This document shows positions 11,727-20,033 of a stretch of 64,000 nt of DNA, one piece after another (the stretch's first letter is position 1; each line of letters opens with the position of its first letter). Made by a program: the position numbers and the translations under genes. The notes beneath the pieces were generated by a model, which had not been told where the DNA came from, made no database searches, and saw only the letters and a list, made by a program, of their open reading frames with translations. Origin of the DNA: Chloroflexota bacterium. GTDB taxonomy: Bacteria > Chloroflexota > Dormibacteria > CF-121. Where the stretch lies: assembly GCA_005882045.1 (NCBI GenBank), contig VBHO01000145.1, forward strand, positions 38 through 64,037. Reading direction: 5' to 3'.

Positions 11727-12868
11727 CAGGCGCGCACCAGCTCGCGGGCAATGACGACCCGCTGCACCTGGTTGGTTCCCTCGTAGATCTGGCAGGCCTT
11801 CGCGTCGCGGACCCGCCGCGCCATCGGATAGTCCTCGAGGTAGCCGTAGCCGCCGAACACCTGCAGCGCGTCGAGCGTGATATCCATCGCCGCGTCGGTG
11901 CTGAAGAGCTTGGCCATCGACGCCTCCTTGGTGAAGGGCCGGCCGGCGTCGCAGAGGGCGGCCGCCTGCCACGTCAACCAGCGCCCCGCCCGGATCCTGA
12001 CCGCCATGTCGGCGATCTTGTTCTGGATCGTCTGGAGCTCGGCGATGGGCTTGCCGAACTGCTTGCGTTCTTTCGCATAGGCCACGGCGTCATCGAGCGC
12101 GCCTTGCGCCAGCCCGACGGCCTGGGCACTGATGCCGATCCGTCCGCTGTCGAGCGCGCGCATGGCGATGCGGAAGCCCTGACCCTCGTCACCCAGGCGA
12201 TCGGCCGCGTCAACCGCGCAGTTGTCCAGGTGGACCTCCGCGATCGCCGAGCCGTTCAGGCCCATCTTCTTGAACCGGGGCCCGACCTTCAGACCCGGGT
12301 TGTCGCCGCCGACCAGGAACGCGGTAATGCCCTCGGCGCCGGACCCGGGGCCGGTCGAGGCCATCACGGTGTAGAGCTGGGCCTCGCCGGCGTTGGTGAT
12401 GAAGATCTTGCTTCCGTTCAGAACAAACCCATCCCCGCGGCGGGTCGCCGTGGTCTTGAGGTGCGCGGCGTCGGAGCCGGCCTCCGGCTCGGTCAGCGCG
12501 AAGGCTGCCAGCTTCCTCCCCTGGGCGAGGTCGGGCAACCAGCGGCGCTTTTGCTCCTCGGTGCCGAACAGAACGATGGGCTCGGTGCCGACCGAGCCAT
12601 GCACGTCCAGGATGCCGGCGGTACTGGCGCTGTAGCGCGCGATCTCCTCGACGAAGATGGCGAACGAGAGGTGATCGAGCCCAGCCCCCTGGAAGACGTC
12701 CGGGACCAGGATGCCGAGCAGGCCGAGCTCGGCGGCCCTGTTGACCAGGTCGCGAGGAAACGCGCCGCTGTGATCGATGGCGTCGGCGCGGGGCTTGACC
12801 TCGCGCTGCGCGAAATCCCGAACGAGCTTGCGGATCTCCTGCTGTTCGGGGCTGAGCGAGAGGTCCAT
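11726..12868 (-). CDS. acyl-CoA dehydrogenase (paralog)
   Basis: Begins MDLSLSPEQQEIRKLV. FALTEPEAGSDAA and YEGTNQVQR blocks, 380 aa. Confidence 0.85.
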   Translation of the reverse strand: MDLSLSPEQQEIRKLVRDFAQREVKPRADAIDHSGAFPRDLVNRAAELGLLGILVPDVFQGAGLDHLSFAIFVEEIARYSASTAGILDVHGSVGTEPIVLFGTEEQKRRWLPDLAQGRKLAAFALTEPEAGSDAAHLKTTATRRGDGFVLNGSKIFITNAGEAQLYTVMASTGPGSGAEGITAFLVGGDNPGLKVGPRFKKMGLNGSAIAEVHLDNCAVDAADRLGDEGQGFRIAMRALDSGRIGISAQAVGLAQGALDDAVAYAKERKQFGKPIAELQTIQNKIADMAVRIRAGRWLTWQAAALCDAGRPFTKEASMAKLFSTDAAMDITLDALQVFGGYGYLEDYPMARRVRDAKACQIYEGTNQVQRVVIARELVRA

Positions 12869-14047
12869 CTAGCTCACGCGGATGATGGTGGCCTCGCCCT
12901 GCGCCATCCCGGAGCAGATGCCGGCGGCGCCGTAGCCGCCGCCGCGCCGGCGGAGTGCATAGGCGAGGTGCATCAAGATGCGGGCCCCGGAGGCACCGAT
13001 CGGATGGCCGACCGCGAGCGCGCCGCCATCGACGTTGACCCGCTCCTCGTCGATGCCGAGCAGGTCCATGGCCGTGCAGGCGACCGCGGCAAACGCCTCG
13101 TTGATCTCGAAGAGGTTGATGTCGTCGACGCGACGCCCCAGCTTCTTCAGCGCCGCCTGGATTGATGAAGCCGGCACGGTCGCCAGGTACGGCGTGTCGG
13201 CCGCCGACTCGCCATAGGCAAGCCACTGCGCCAGCACCGGCAGACCCCGCCGTTTGGCCTCGGTCGCGCTCATCAGAAGGATGGCGGCGGCGCCGTCGTT
13301 TACGCCCGGCGCATTCCCGGCGGTGATGGTGCCGTCCGCCTGGAACACCGGCTTGAGGCGGGCGAGTCCCTCGATCGTCGTGTCGGGGCGTGGCTGCTCA
13401 TCGGCTGAAACGGTCGCCGTCCCCTTGGCGTTGGGCACCGCAACCGGAACCAGTTCATCGTTGATGTGGCCGGCCTTCAGCGCCGCGGCGTAGCGTTGCT
13501 GGCTGCCGAACGCATACTCGTCCTGCCGCTCGCGCGAGACCTCGAACTCCTTCGCGACGTTGCTGCCCTCGACCGCCATGTGGCACCCGTTGGCCGGATC
13601 GATCAGGCCGTCGCGCACCATGCTGTCGACGAGCACCGCGTCCCCCAGCCGGTAGCCGAAGCGGGCCTTATCGAGCAGGTAGGGCGCCTGGCTCATGTTC
13701 TCCATCCCACCGGCGACCAGCACCTGCGCATCGCCGTTTCGGATGAGGAGGGCCGCCAGGTTCACGGCTTTGAGCGAGGAGGCGCATACCTTGTTGACGG
13801 TGAGCGCCGGAACGCTCGTCGGCAACCCGGCTTTGATGGCGGCCTGCCGGGCGGGAATCTGGCCCATGCCGGCAGTGATGACGGTGCCCATGATGACCTG
13901 GTCGACCTCGGCGCCCTCGACCTGCGCCCGGTCGATCACCTCCTTGATCACGACCGCACCCAGGTCGGGTGCCGGTAGCGTGGAGAGCCCGCCTCCAAGC
14001 TTGCCGAACGGGGTGCGGGCGGCCGCCACCAGCACGACGTCCTCCAC
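12869..14047 (-). CDS. acetyl-CoA C-acetyltransferase (thiolase II)
   Basis: 392 aa. VCASSLKA active-site Cys block, C-terminal GHPIGASGAR and CSGMAQG (catalytic His and Cys) motifs. Confidence 0.9.
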   Translation of the reverse strand: MEDVVLVAAARTPFGKLGGGLSTLPAPDLGAVVIKEVIDRAQVEGAEVDQVIMGTVITAGMGQIPARQAAIKAGLPTSVPALTVNKVCASSLKAVNLAALLIRNGDAQVLVAGGMENMSQAPYLLDKARFGYRLGDAVLVDSMVRDGLIDPANGCHMAVEGSNVAKEFEVSRERQDEYAFGSQQRYAAALKAGHINDELVPVAVPNAKGTATVSADEQPRPDTTIEGLARLKPVFQADGTITAGNAPGVNDGAAAILLMSATEAKRRGLPVLAQWLAYGESAADTPYLATVPASSIQAALKKLGRRVDDINLFEINEAFAAVACTAMDLLGIDEERVNVDGGALAVGHPIGASGARILMHLAYALRRRGGGYGAAGICSGMAQGEATIIRVS

Positions 14048-14106
14048 GATTGCATTCTAGAAGTGCTGCGCTAAGAGGCCAAATCGCGGGCCATATACTT
14101 GCGGAG

Positions 14107-14886
14107 GTGGCGTTCAAACACCTCCTCTCCGGGCGCCGCGGCGCGGTGGCCACGATCACCATCAACCGCCCCGACGACCGCAATGCCCTCAGCACCGAAA
14201 CGGTTGGCGAGCTGCGAGAGGCGCTGGCGCAGGCCAAGGGCGACTCCGAGGTGCGGGTCATCGTCATCACGGGCGCGGGCAAGGTCTTCTGCGCCGGCGC
14301 CGACCTCAACAGCTTCCGCCGCCAACAGCCGGAGCTGGAGCGTTACTTTCAGCGGCGCCAGCTCGCCGATCTCTTCCTCGAGATGACCGAGCTGGGCAAG
14401 CCCACCGTCGCCCGGATCAACGGCCACGCGCTGGCTGGTGGGTTCGGGCTCGTGGCATCCTGCGACCTTGCGATCGCTGTCGACGACGCGCAGTTCGGCA
14501 TGCCCGAAGTCAACGTTGGGGTCTTCCCGTTTCTGATCATGGCCATCGTCTTTCGCAACCTTCCGCGAAAGGCCGCCATGGAATTGATGCTGACGGGCAA
14601 ACGCATCGATGCAGTGGAGGCCACCCGCCTGGGATTGATCAACCGACACGTCCGAGCCGAGCGGCTGGACAGCGAGGTCGACACGCTCGCCGACGAGCTT
14701 GCCAAGAAGAGTCCGATCGGGATGAAGCTTGGCCTCGAGGCCTTCTACAAGATGCAGGACATGAGCTTCCCATCGGCGATCGCCTATCTGCAGGACCAGC
14801 TCGCCCTCCTCAGTCTCAGCGACGACCTCAAGGAAGGGGTGACCGCCTTCTTCGAAAAACGCGAACCAAGATTCACCGGCCGATGA
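14107..14886 (+). CDS. enoyl-CoA hydratase / crotonase family (candidate methylglutaconyl-CoA hydratase)
   Basis: Crotonase fold blocks ITINRPDDRNAL, ITGAGKVFCAGADL, NGHALAGGFGL. Start set at in-frame GTG 14107, the first start downstream of the divergent thiolase start; the tool ORF begins further upstream inside the thiolase gene. Confidence 0.8.
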   Translation: MAFKHLLSGRRGAVATITINRPDDRNALSTETVGELREALAQAKGDSEVRVIVITGAGKVFCAGADLNSFRRQQPELERYFQRRQLADLFLEMTELGKPTVARINGHALAGGFGLVASCDLAIAVDDAQFGMPEVNVGVFPFLIMAIVFRNLPRKAAMELMLTGKRIDAVEATRLGLINRHVRAERLDSEVDTLADELAKKSPIGMKLGLEAFYKMQDMSFPSAIAYLQDQLALLSLSDDLKEGVTAFFEKREPRFTGR

Positions 14887-15794
14887 GCATGCCGTCGGTT
14901 GAATGGGTGGAGGTCGGTCCGCGCGACGGTCTGCAAAGCTGGCCGGCGACGCTGCTGACACCGGCCAAGGTCGGGCTCATCACCGGCCTGCTCGATTGCG
15001 GCTTTCGGCGGGTCGAAGCCACTTCGATGGTGCACCCGAATTGGGTGCCGCAGCTGGCCGATGCGGAAGCTGTGCTGGAGGCGCTCCAGGACCGGCGCGA
15101 TCAGTTACGCGTGCTCGTGCCCAATCGCAAAGGCCTCGAGCGGGCGCTTGCAGCCGGGATTCGCAATGTCGCGGTCACGGTGGCGGCTACCAATGGCTAC
15201 AACCAGCACAACCTCAATCGGACCGTCAAAGACACGCTCTGGGAGATCCAGGAGATCACAACCCGGGCCGGCCGCGACGGAGTCGTCGTCGACGCCAGCA
15301 TCAGCGTGGCCTTCGGTTGCCCCTATGAGGGCCGAGTGTCGCCCCAGTGGGTGGCCGATGTCGCTGAGGCATTGGCCGATGACAATATCGAGGAGATTTC
15401 GCTGGCCGACACGATCGGCGTCGCCAACCCGGCGCAGGTCGAAGACCTCTTCCAGGACATGAAGGAGCGGCTGCCGTCGGTGCGCTGGGGCGCGCACTTC
15501 CACGACACGCGGGGAACGGCCCTCGCCAACCTGTTGTCGGCGCTCGAGACCGGGGTCAATCTGTTCGAAGGATCGGTCGGCGGCATCGGCGGCAGCCCCT
15601 TCGCACCGGGCGCGGCCGGCAACCTCTGCAGCGAAGACGCGCTCGCCATGCTCGAGGCGATGGGGATCGTGACCGGGGTCGACGTCGGCCGGCTGGTCGA
15701 GGTCGCCCGCGGACTCGAGCGGACGCTCGGCGCCCCGCTGCCCGGTAGGGTGCACGCGCTCACCCAGTCTGACGCCGGGATCGTCTCGGCGTGA
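14883..15794 (+). CDS. hydroxymethylglutaryl-CoA lyase
   Basis: 303 aa. DRE_TIM/HMGL-like fold: VEVGPRDGLQ, metal ligands, GGxGGCP-like GSVGGIGGSPFAPGAAGN block. ATGA overlap with the crotonase gene. Confidence 0.85.
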   Translation: MSMPSVEWVEVGPRDGLQSWPATLLTPAKVGLITGLLDCGFRRVEATSMVHPNWVPQLADAEAVLEALQDRRDQLRVLVPNRKGLERALAAGIRNVAVTVAATNGYNQHNLNRTVKDTLWEIQEITTRAGRDGVVVDASISVAFGCPYEGRVSPQWVADVAEALADDNIEEISLADTIGVANPAQVEDLFQDMKERLPSVRWGAHFHDTRGTALANLLSALETGVNLFEGSVGGIGGSPFAPGAAGNLCSEDALAMLEAMGIVTGVDVGRLVEVARGLERTLGAPLPGRVHALTQSDAGIVSA

Positions 15795-17344
15795 GCGCGC
15801 CGGAGCCGACGAAGAATCGCGACGCCGAGGATGACCTGAAGCTTCGATCTGACACGGCCCGCGTCGGCGGGTCGGCGAAGTACGCCGAGAAGCTCCGCCA
15901 GGAGCACAAGCTGCCGGTTCGACGGCGGCTCGAGTTGCTGCTCGACCCGGATTTTCTGGTCGAGGACGGGCTGCTGGCGCACAGCGAGGAGCCGGGCTTC
16001 GGTGCCGATGGGGTCGTCACAGCGATCGGCCGGATCGAGGGCCGGACCGTCTGCGTGATGGCGAACGACCCGACGGTCAAGGCCGGGTCCTGGGGACCCC
16101 GGACGGTCGAGAAGATCGTCCGCATCCAGGAGACCGCCGAACGGCTGCGCGTCCCGATCTTCTACCTCGTCGATTCGGCCGGGGCCCGGATCACCGACCA
16201 GGTGGAGATGTTCCCGGGGCGGCGGCACGCAGGGCGCATCTTCTACCAGGAGGTGCAACTCTCCGGGGTGGTGCCGCAGATCTGTCTGCTATTCGGTCCC
16301 TCGGCCGCCGGCGGCGCCTACATCCCCGCCTTCTGCGACATCACGATCATGGTCGAGGGCAACGCCAGCATGTACCTCGGGTCGCCGCGCATGGCGGAGA
16401 TGGTGATCGGCGAGAAGGTGACGCTGGAGGAAATGGGTGGGGCGCGAATGCACGCGACGGTGAGCGGCCTCGCTGACCTGCTGGTGGCCTCCGACGACGA
16501 TGCGATCGCGGCCGGCCGACGCTACCTCTCCTATTTCCCGCAGAACTGGACCGAGATGCCTGCTCCGGGGCTCGCGGCGGACGCCCAGCCGCCCGTGTCG
16601 CTGGACACGCTGGTGCCCGAGGACGAGGGGCGCGCCTTCAACATGCAGCAGCTGATCGACGGGGTGATCGACGACGGTAGTTTTTTCGAGATCAAGAAGC
16701 TCTATGCGAAAGAGATCATCTGCGGCCTGGCGCGCATCGATGGCCGGGCGGTCGGCGTGATCGCCAACCAGCCGATGCACAAAGGGGGCATCCTCTTCGT
16801 CGACTCCGCCGACAAGGCGGCTCGTTTCATCTGGCTCTGCGACGCCTTCAACATCCCGTTGCTCTTCCTCGCCGACGTGCCGGGATTCATGATCGGCACC
16901 GCCGTGGAGCGGCAGGGCATCATCCGTCACGGCGCCAAGATGATCGCGGCCGTCTCAGAATCGACCGTGCCGAAGATCTCGGTGATCGTGCGTAAGGCCT
17001 ATGGCGCCGGCCTCTACGCCATGGCGGGACCGGCGTACGCTCCCAACGCGACGCTGGCGCTTCCCAGCGCCATGATCGGGGTCATGGGGCCGAGCGCGGC
17101 GGTGAACGCGGTCTTCTACAACAAGATCCAGGAACAGCCCGAGCCGGAACGTCCCGCATACGTCGCGAAATTGCAGGAGGAATACCGCAAGGACATCGAC
17201 CTCTACCGGCTGGCCTCGGACTTGATCATCGACGCGGTGGTGGCCCCCAGGGAGCTGCGGACCGAGCTCGTCAATCGCTTCGCCGCTTATGCAACAAGCC
17301 AGCAGCCGCGCGTCAATCGCAAGCACGGCGTCTTCCCCGTCTGA
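15791..17344 (+). CDS. acyl-CoA carboxylase carboxyltransferase (beta) subunit, MccB/PccB family
   Basis: 517 aa. Duplicated crotonase-like CT domains. Linked to HMG-CoA lyase, so likely 3-methylcrotonyl-CoA carboxylase beta. No biotin carboxylase or BCCP gene follows. Confidence 0.85.
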   Translation: MSAPEPTKNRDAEDDLKLRSDTARVGGSAKYAEKLRQEHKLPVRRRLELLLDPDFLVEDGLLAHSEEPGFGADGVVTAIGRIEGRTVCVMANDPTVKAGSWGPRTVEKIVRIQETAERLRVPIFYLVDSAGARITDQVEMFPGRRHAGRIFYQEVQLSGVVPQICLLFGPSAAGGAYIPAFCDITIMVEGNASMYLGSPRMAEMVIGEKVTLEEMGGARMHATVSGLADLLVASDDDAIAAGRRYLSYFPQNWTEMPAPGLAADAQPPVSLDTLVPEDEGRAFNMQQLIDGVIDDGSFFEIKKLYAKEIICGLARIDGRAVGVIANQPMHKGGILFVDSADKAARFIWLCDAFNIPLLFLADVPGFMIGTAVERQGIIRHGAKMIAAVSESTVPKISVIVRKAYGAGLYAMAGPAYAPNATLALPSAMIGVMGPSAAVNAVFYNKIQEQPEPERPAYVAKLQEEYRKDIDLYRLASDLIIDAVVAPRELRTELVNRFAAYATSQQPRVNRKHGVFPV

Positions 17345-17412
17345 CACGCGGCCTCTCCACACCGGGGCCGCTTAATCTGACACGCGGCCTTTCCACACCG
17401 GGGCCGCTTATT
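17341..17412 (+). repeat. tandem duplication (2 x 36 bp, 2 mismatches), each copy a GC hairpin followed by TTA(A/T)T; probable doubled intrinsic terminator of the carboxyltransferase gene
   Basis: ctgacacgcggcctCtccacaccggggccgcttaAt then ctgacacgcggcctTtccacaccggggccgcttaTt. Stem gcggcc/ggccgc with a 12-nt loop. The repeat begins at the TGA stop codon. Confidence 0.5.
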
Positions 17413-17448
17413 CCGGTCTCCACCGTTATGCTTGGGTACAGGTAGGCT

Positions 17449-18735
17449 GTGAAGTTCGTCCTGGTCGGCCTTTCTCACAAGACCGCCCCTGTCGAGATCC
17501 GGGAGCAGTTGTTCATTCCCGAGGCCGGCGTGGGCGAGTGTGTTCGCCGGCTCATCGATCGCGACCTGATCGAGAGCGGCATCTTGCTGTCGACCTGCAA
17601 CCGGACTGAGCTATACGCCGTCGCCGCTCCCGAGGCGGCCCCCGATCGGTTGCTCGAATCGTTTGGCTTATGGCCGCATGCGCTGCCCTTTGATGAATGG
17701 CGACGCTATGCCTACCAGCTCAGCGGCGAGGATGCGGTGGCGCACCTCTTCCGCGTGGCCAGCGGCCTCGATTCCATGGTGATCGGCGAGGCCCAGATCC
17801 TCGGCCAGATCAAGCGGGCGCTGGTTGCGGCGCGGCGGGCCGGAGGACTTAACGCGTGGCTCGAGATCATCGCGCGCGGTGCGATCCGGGCGGCAAAGCG
17901 CACTCGGCACGAGACCGGGATCGGGCGACGCCCAGTCTCCGTCAGCCACGCCGCGGTGGCGGCGGCCGCCACCGTCCTGGGCGACCTCGCCGGCCGCCAT
18001 GTCCTGCTGATCGGCGCGGGCGAGATGAGCGAGGTCGCATTACGGCTCCTGCGCAAGCAGCGGATCGGCGACGTCTACCTCGCGTCGAGAACCTTCGACC
18101 GCGCCGACCAGGTGGCGCAGCCGCTCGGTGGCCAGGCGGTCCCCTTCGATCGCGTCGGCGAGATCATCGCCAAGGTCGACATCATCCTGACGTCGAGCAG
18201 CGCGCCGCACCACGTGCTCGATGCCGAGCGTGTCGCGCGCTTTCAATCGCGGCGCGACGGCCGCTCACTGCTGATCATCGACATGGCCGTTCCCCGCGAC
18301 GTGGACCCAGAGGTCAACCAGGTTCCCGGGGTCCACCTCTTGAACATCGATGACCTGCGCACCATCACGCAGACCAACCGCGAGGAGCGCAAAGCCTGGG
18401 TGCCCGCCGCCGAGCGGATCGTCGACGACGAGCTGCGGGCGACGCGACTGGCGCTCGACGCGCGCGAGTCGGCGCCGACGGTCGAAGCGCTCGTCCACCA
18501 TGTCGAGCAGTTACGGGACAGCGTTCTCGAACGGCAGCTGTCGCGGGTGCCGCCCGACGAAGTGGCGACGCGGGACGCGATGCGTGAGCTCGCGGATGCC
18601 CTGACCGCCAGGTTTCTTCACGGTCCCGTGCGCGCGCTGCGCGAAAGCCCGGATCCAACCCTCGATGCGGCCGTGATGACGGACGCCTTCGGCCTTTCCA
18701 CGCCGGCGCCGCTTACTGAACGGGAGCCATCGTAG
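17449..18735 (+). CDS. hemA: glutamyl-tRNA reductase
   Basis: GTG start. LSTCNRTELY active-site Cys block, NADPH-binding GAGEMSE motif, C-terminal dimerisation helix. 428 aa. Confidence 0.85.
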   Translation: MKFVLVGLSHKTAPVEIREQLFIPEAGVGECVRRLIDRDLIESGILLSTCNRTELYAVAAPEAAPDRLLESFGLWPHALPFDEWRRYAYQLSGEDAVAHLFRVASGLDSMVIGEAQILGQIKRALVAARRAGGLNAWLEIIARGAIRAAKRTRHETGIGRRPVSVSHAAVAAAATVLGDLAGRHVLLIGAGEMSEVALRLLRKQRIGDVYLASRTFDRADQVAQPLGGQAVPFDRVGEIIAKVDIILTSSSAPHHVLDAERVARFQSRRDGRSLLIIDMAVPRDVDPEVNQVPGVHLLNIDDLRTITQTNREERKAWVPAAERIVDDELRATRLALDARESAPTVEALVHHVEQLRDSVLERQLSRVPPDEVATRDAMRELADALTARFLHGPVRALRESPDPTLDAAVMTDAFGLSTPAPLTEREPS

Positions 18736-18737
18736 GC

Positions 18738-20033
18738 ATCGACCGATCCTCGGCCCTCTTCGAGGAGGCGAAGCGCCTGATTCCGGGCGGCGTCAACAGC
18801 CCGGTTCGTGCCTATCGCGCCGTCGGTGGATCACCGCGATTCATGGCGCGCGGTAACGGCCCATGGATCTGGGATGTCGACGGGAACCGCTACCTGGACC
18901 TCGTCGGTTCGTGGGGCCCGCTGATCCTCGGTCACCGTCCGGCGCCGGTCCTGACGGCCTTGCATGCCCAGCTCGAACGGGGATGGACCTTCGGCGCCCC
19001 GACCGAGGGCGAGCTGCAGCTGGCCGCCACCGTATCCGAACGGATGCCCGCGATCGAAATGCTCCGCCTGGTCAATTCGGGAACGGAGGCCGCCATGTCC
19101 GCGGTGCGGCTCGCGCGCGCCGTGACGGGACGAGCCAAGCTGATCAAGTTCGCGGGCGGCTACCACGGCCATGCCGACGCCTTGCTGGTCGAAGCCGGAT
19201 CCGGCGTCGCCACGCTTGGCATCCCGGGCACCCCGGGGATCACCACGGGCGCCGCCGGCGACACGCTGGTTGCGTCATTCAACGCGCTGGCCGACGTGGA
19301 AGCCGCCATGACGCGATGGCCGGGACAGATCGCCGCCGTCATCGTCGAGCCGGTGGCCGGCAACATGGGCGTGGTGCCACCCGAACCCGGGTTCCTAGAG
19401 GGGTTGCGCCGCTTGACCCGCGACGACGGCAGCCTGCTGATCTTCGACGAGGTCATCACCGGCTTTCGGGTCGCCCGCGGTGGAGCGCAGGAACGCTTCG
19501 GCGTGACCCCGGACCTGACCTGCCTCGGCAAGGTCCTCGGCGGCGGGCTTCCCATCGGCGCCTACGGCGGGGGCCGAGCCATCATGGAACAGGTCGCGCC
19601 GGCCGGACCCGTCTATCAGGCAGGGACGCTGTCCGGCAATCCACTCGCGGTCGCCGCCGGGCTCGCCACGCTTGATGCTCTTGACGAGCGCGCGTATCAG
19701 CAGTTGGAGGACGCCGGCGCTCGCGCCGCGAACGCGCTGCAGTCCGCGGCGGACGCGGCCGGGATCCCCTTGACGGTCAATCGTGTCGGCTCGATCCTGA
19801 CGGCCTTCTTCACGGACGGGCTGGTAACGGATTACGCCAGTGCCCGGAAAGCGAATGCGACCTCGTTTGCCAGCTGGTTCCAGCGTCTTCTGGCGAAAGG
19901 GGTCTCGCTGCCGCCCTCGCAGTTCGAAGCAGCTTTTGTCTCGACCGCGCACGACGAGGAAGCCCTTGCCTTCCTCGAGAGCGCGCTGCGCTACTCGTTT
20001 ACCGATCTTCAGCTGGCTGGCGCTTCGGGATAA
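18738..20033 (+). CDS. hemL: glutamate-1-semialdehyde 2,1-aminomutase
   Basis: Class III aminotransferase. The tool ORF starts at ATG 18843 but conserved N-terminal sequence (SALFEEAKRLIPGGVNSPVRAYRAVGG) is encoded in frame upstream. The frame opens after the TGA at 18717 and has no ATG/GTG/TTG before 18843. 5' end set provisionally at the ATC codon 18738, right after the hemA stop. Confidence 0.75.
   Translation: MDRSSALFEEAKRLIPGGVNSPVRAYRAVGGSPRFMARGNGPWIWDVDGNRYLDLVGSWGPLILGHRPAPVLTALHAQLERGWTFGAPTEGELQLAATVSERMPAIEMLRLVNSGTEAAMSAVRLARAVTGRAKLIKFAGGYHGHADALLVEAGSGVATLGIPGTPGITTGAAGDTLVASFNALADVEAAMTRWPGQIAAVIVEPVAGNMGVVPPEPGFLEGLRRLTRDDGSLLIFDEVITGFRVARGGAQERFGVTPDLTCLGKVLGGGLPIGAYGGGRAIMEQVAPAGPVYQAGTLSGNPLAVAAGLATLDALDERAYQQLEDAGARAANALQSAADAAGIPLTVNRVGSILTAFFTDGLVTDYASARKANATSFASWFQRLLAKGVSLPPSQFEAAFVSTAHDEEALAFLESALRYSFTDLQLAGASG

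Noticed and set aside
10572-11972. Long N-terminal extensions in the ORF track for ACAD (10572..11972), sucC (27083..28495), the second mutase (29797..31587), ABC-2 permease (33071..34102), typA (55274..57658), formimidoyltransferase (59385..61295), LTXXQ protein (38158..39006), DUF4383 (58467..58931), CE4 deacetylase (45212..46273) and SGNH lipoprotein (23842..24714)
   Set aside because: The extensions are Arg/Gly/Pro-rich and overlap upstream genes. Conserved N-termini and ATGA-type overlaps identify internal starts, which I used for the feature coordinates.
17341-17412. Possible CRISPR repeat
   Set aside because: Only two directly abutting copies with no spacer, hairpin plus T-stretch structure, no cas genes. 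I call it a tandem terminator-like repeat instead.
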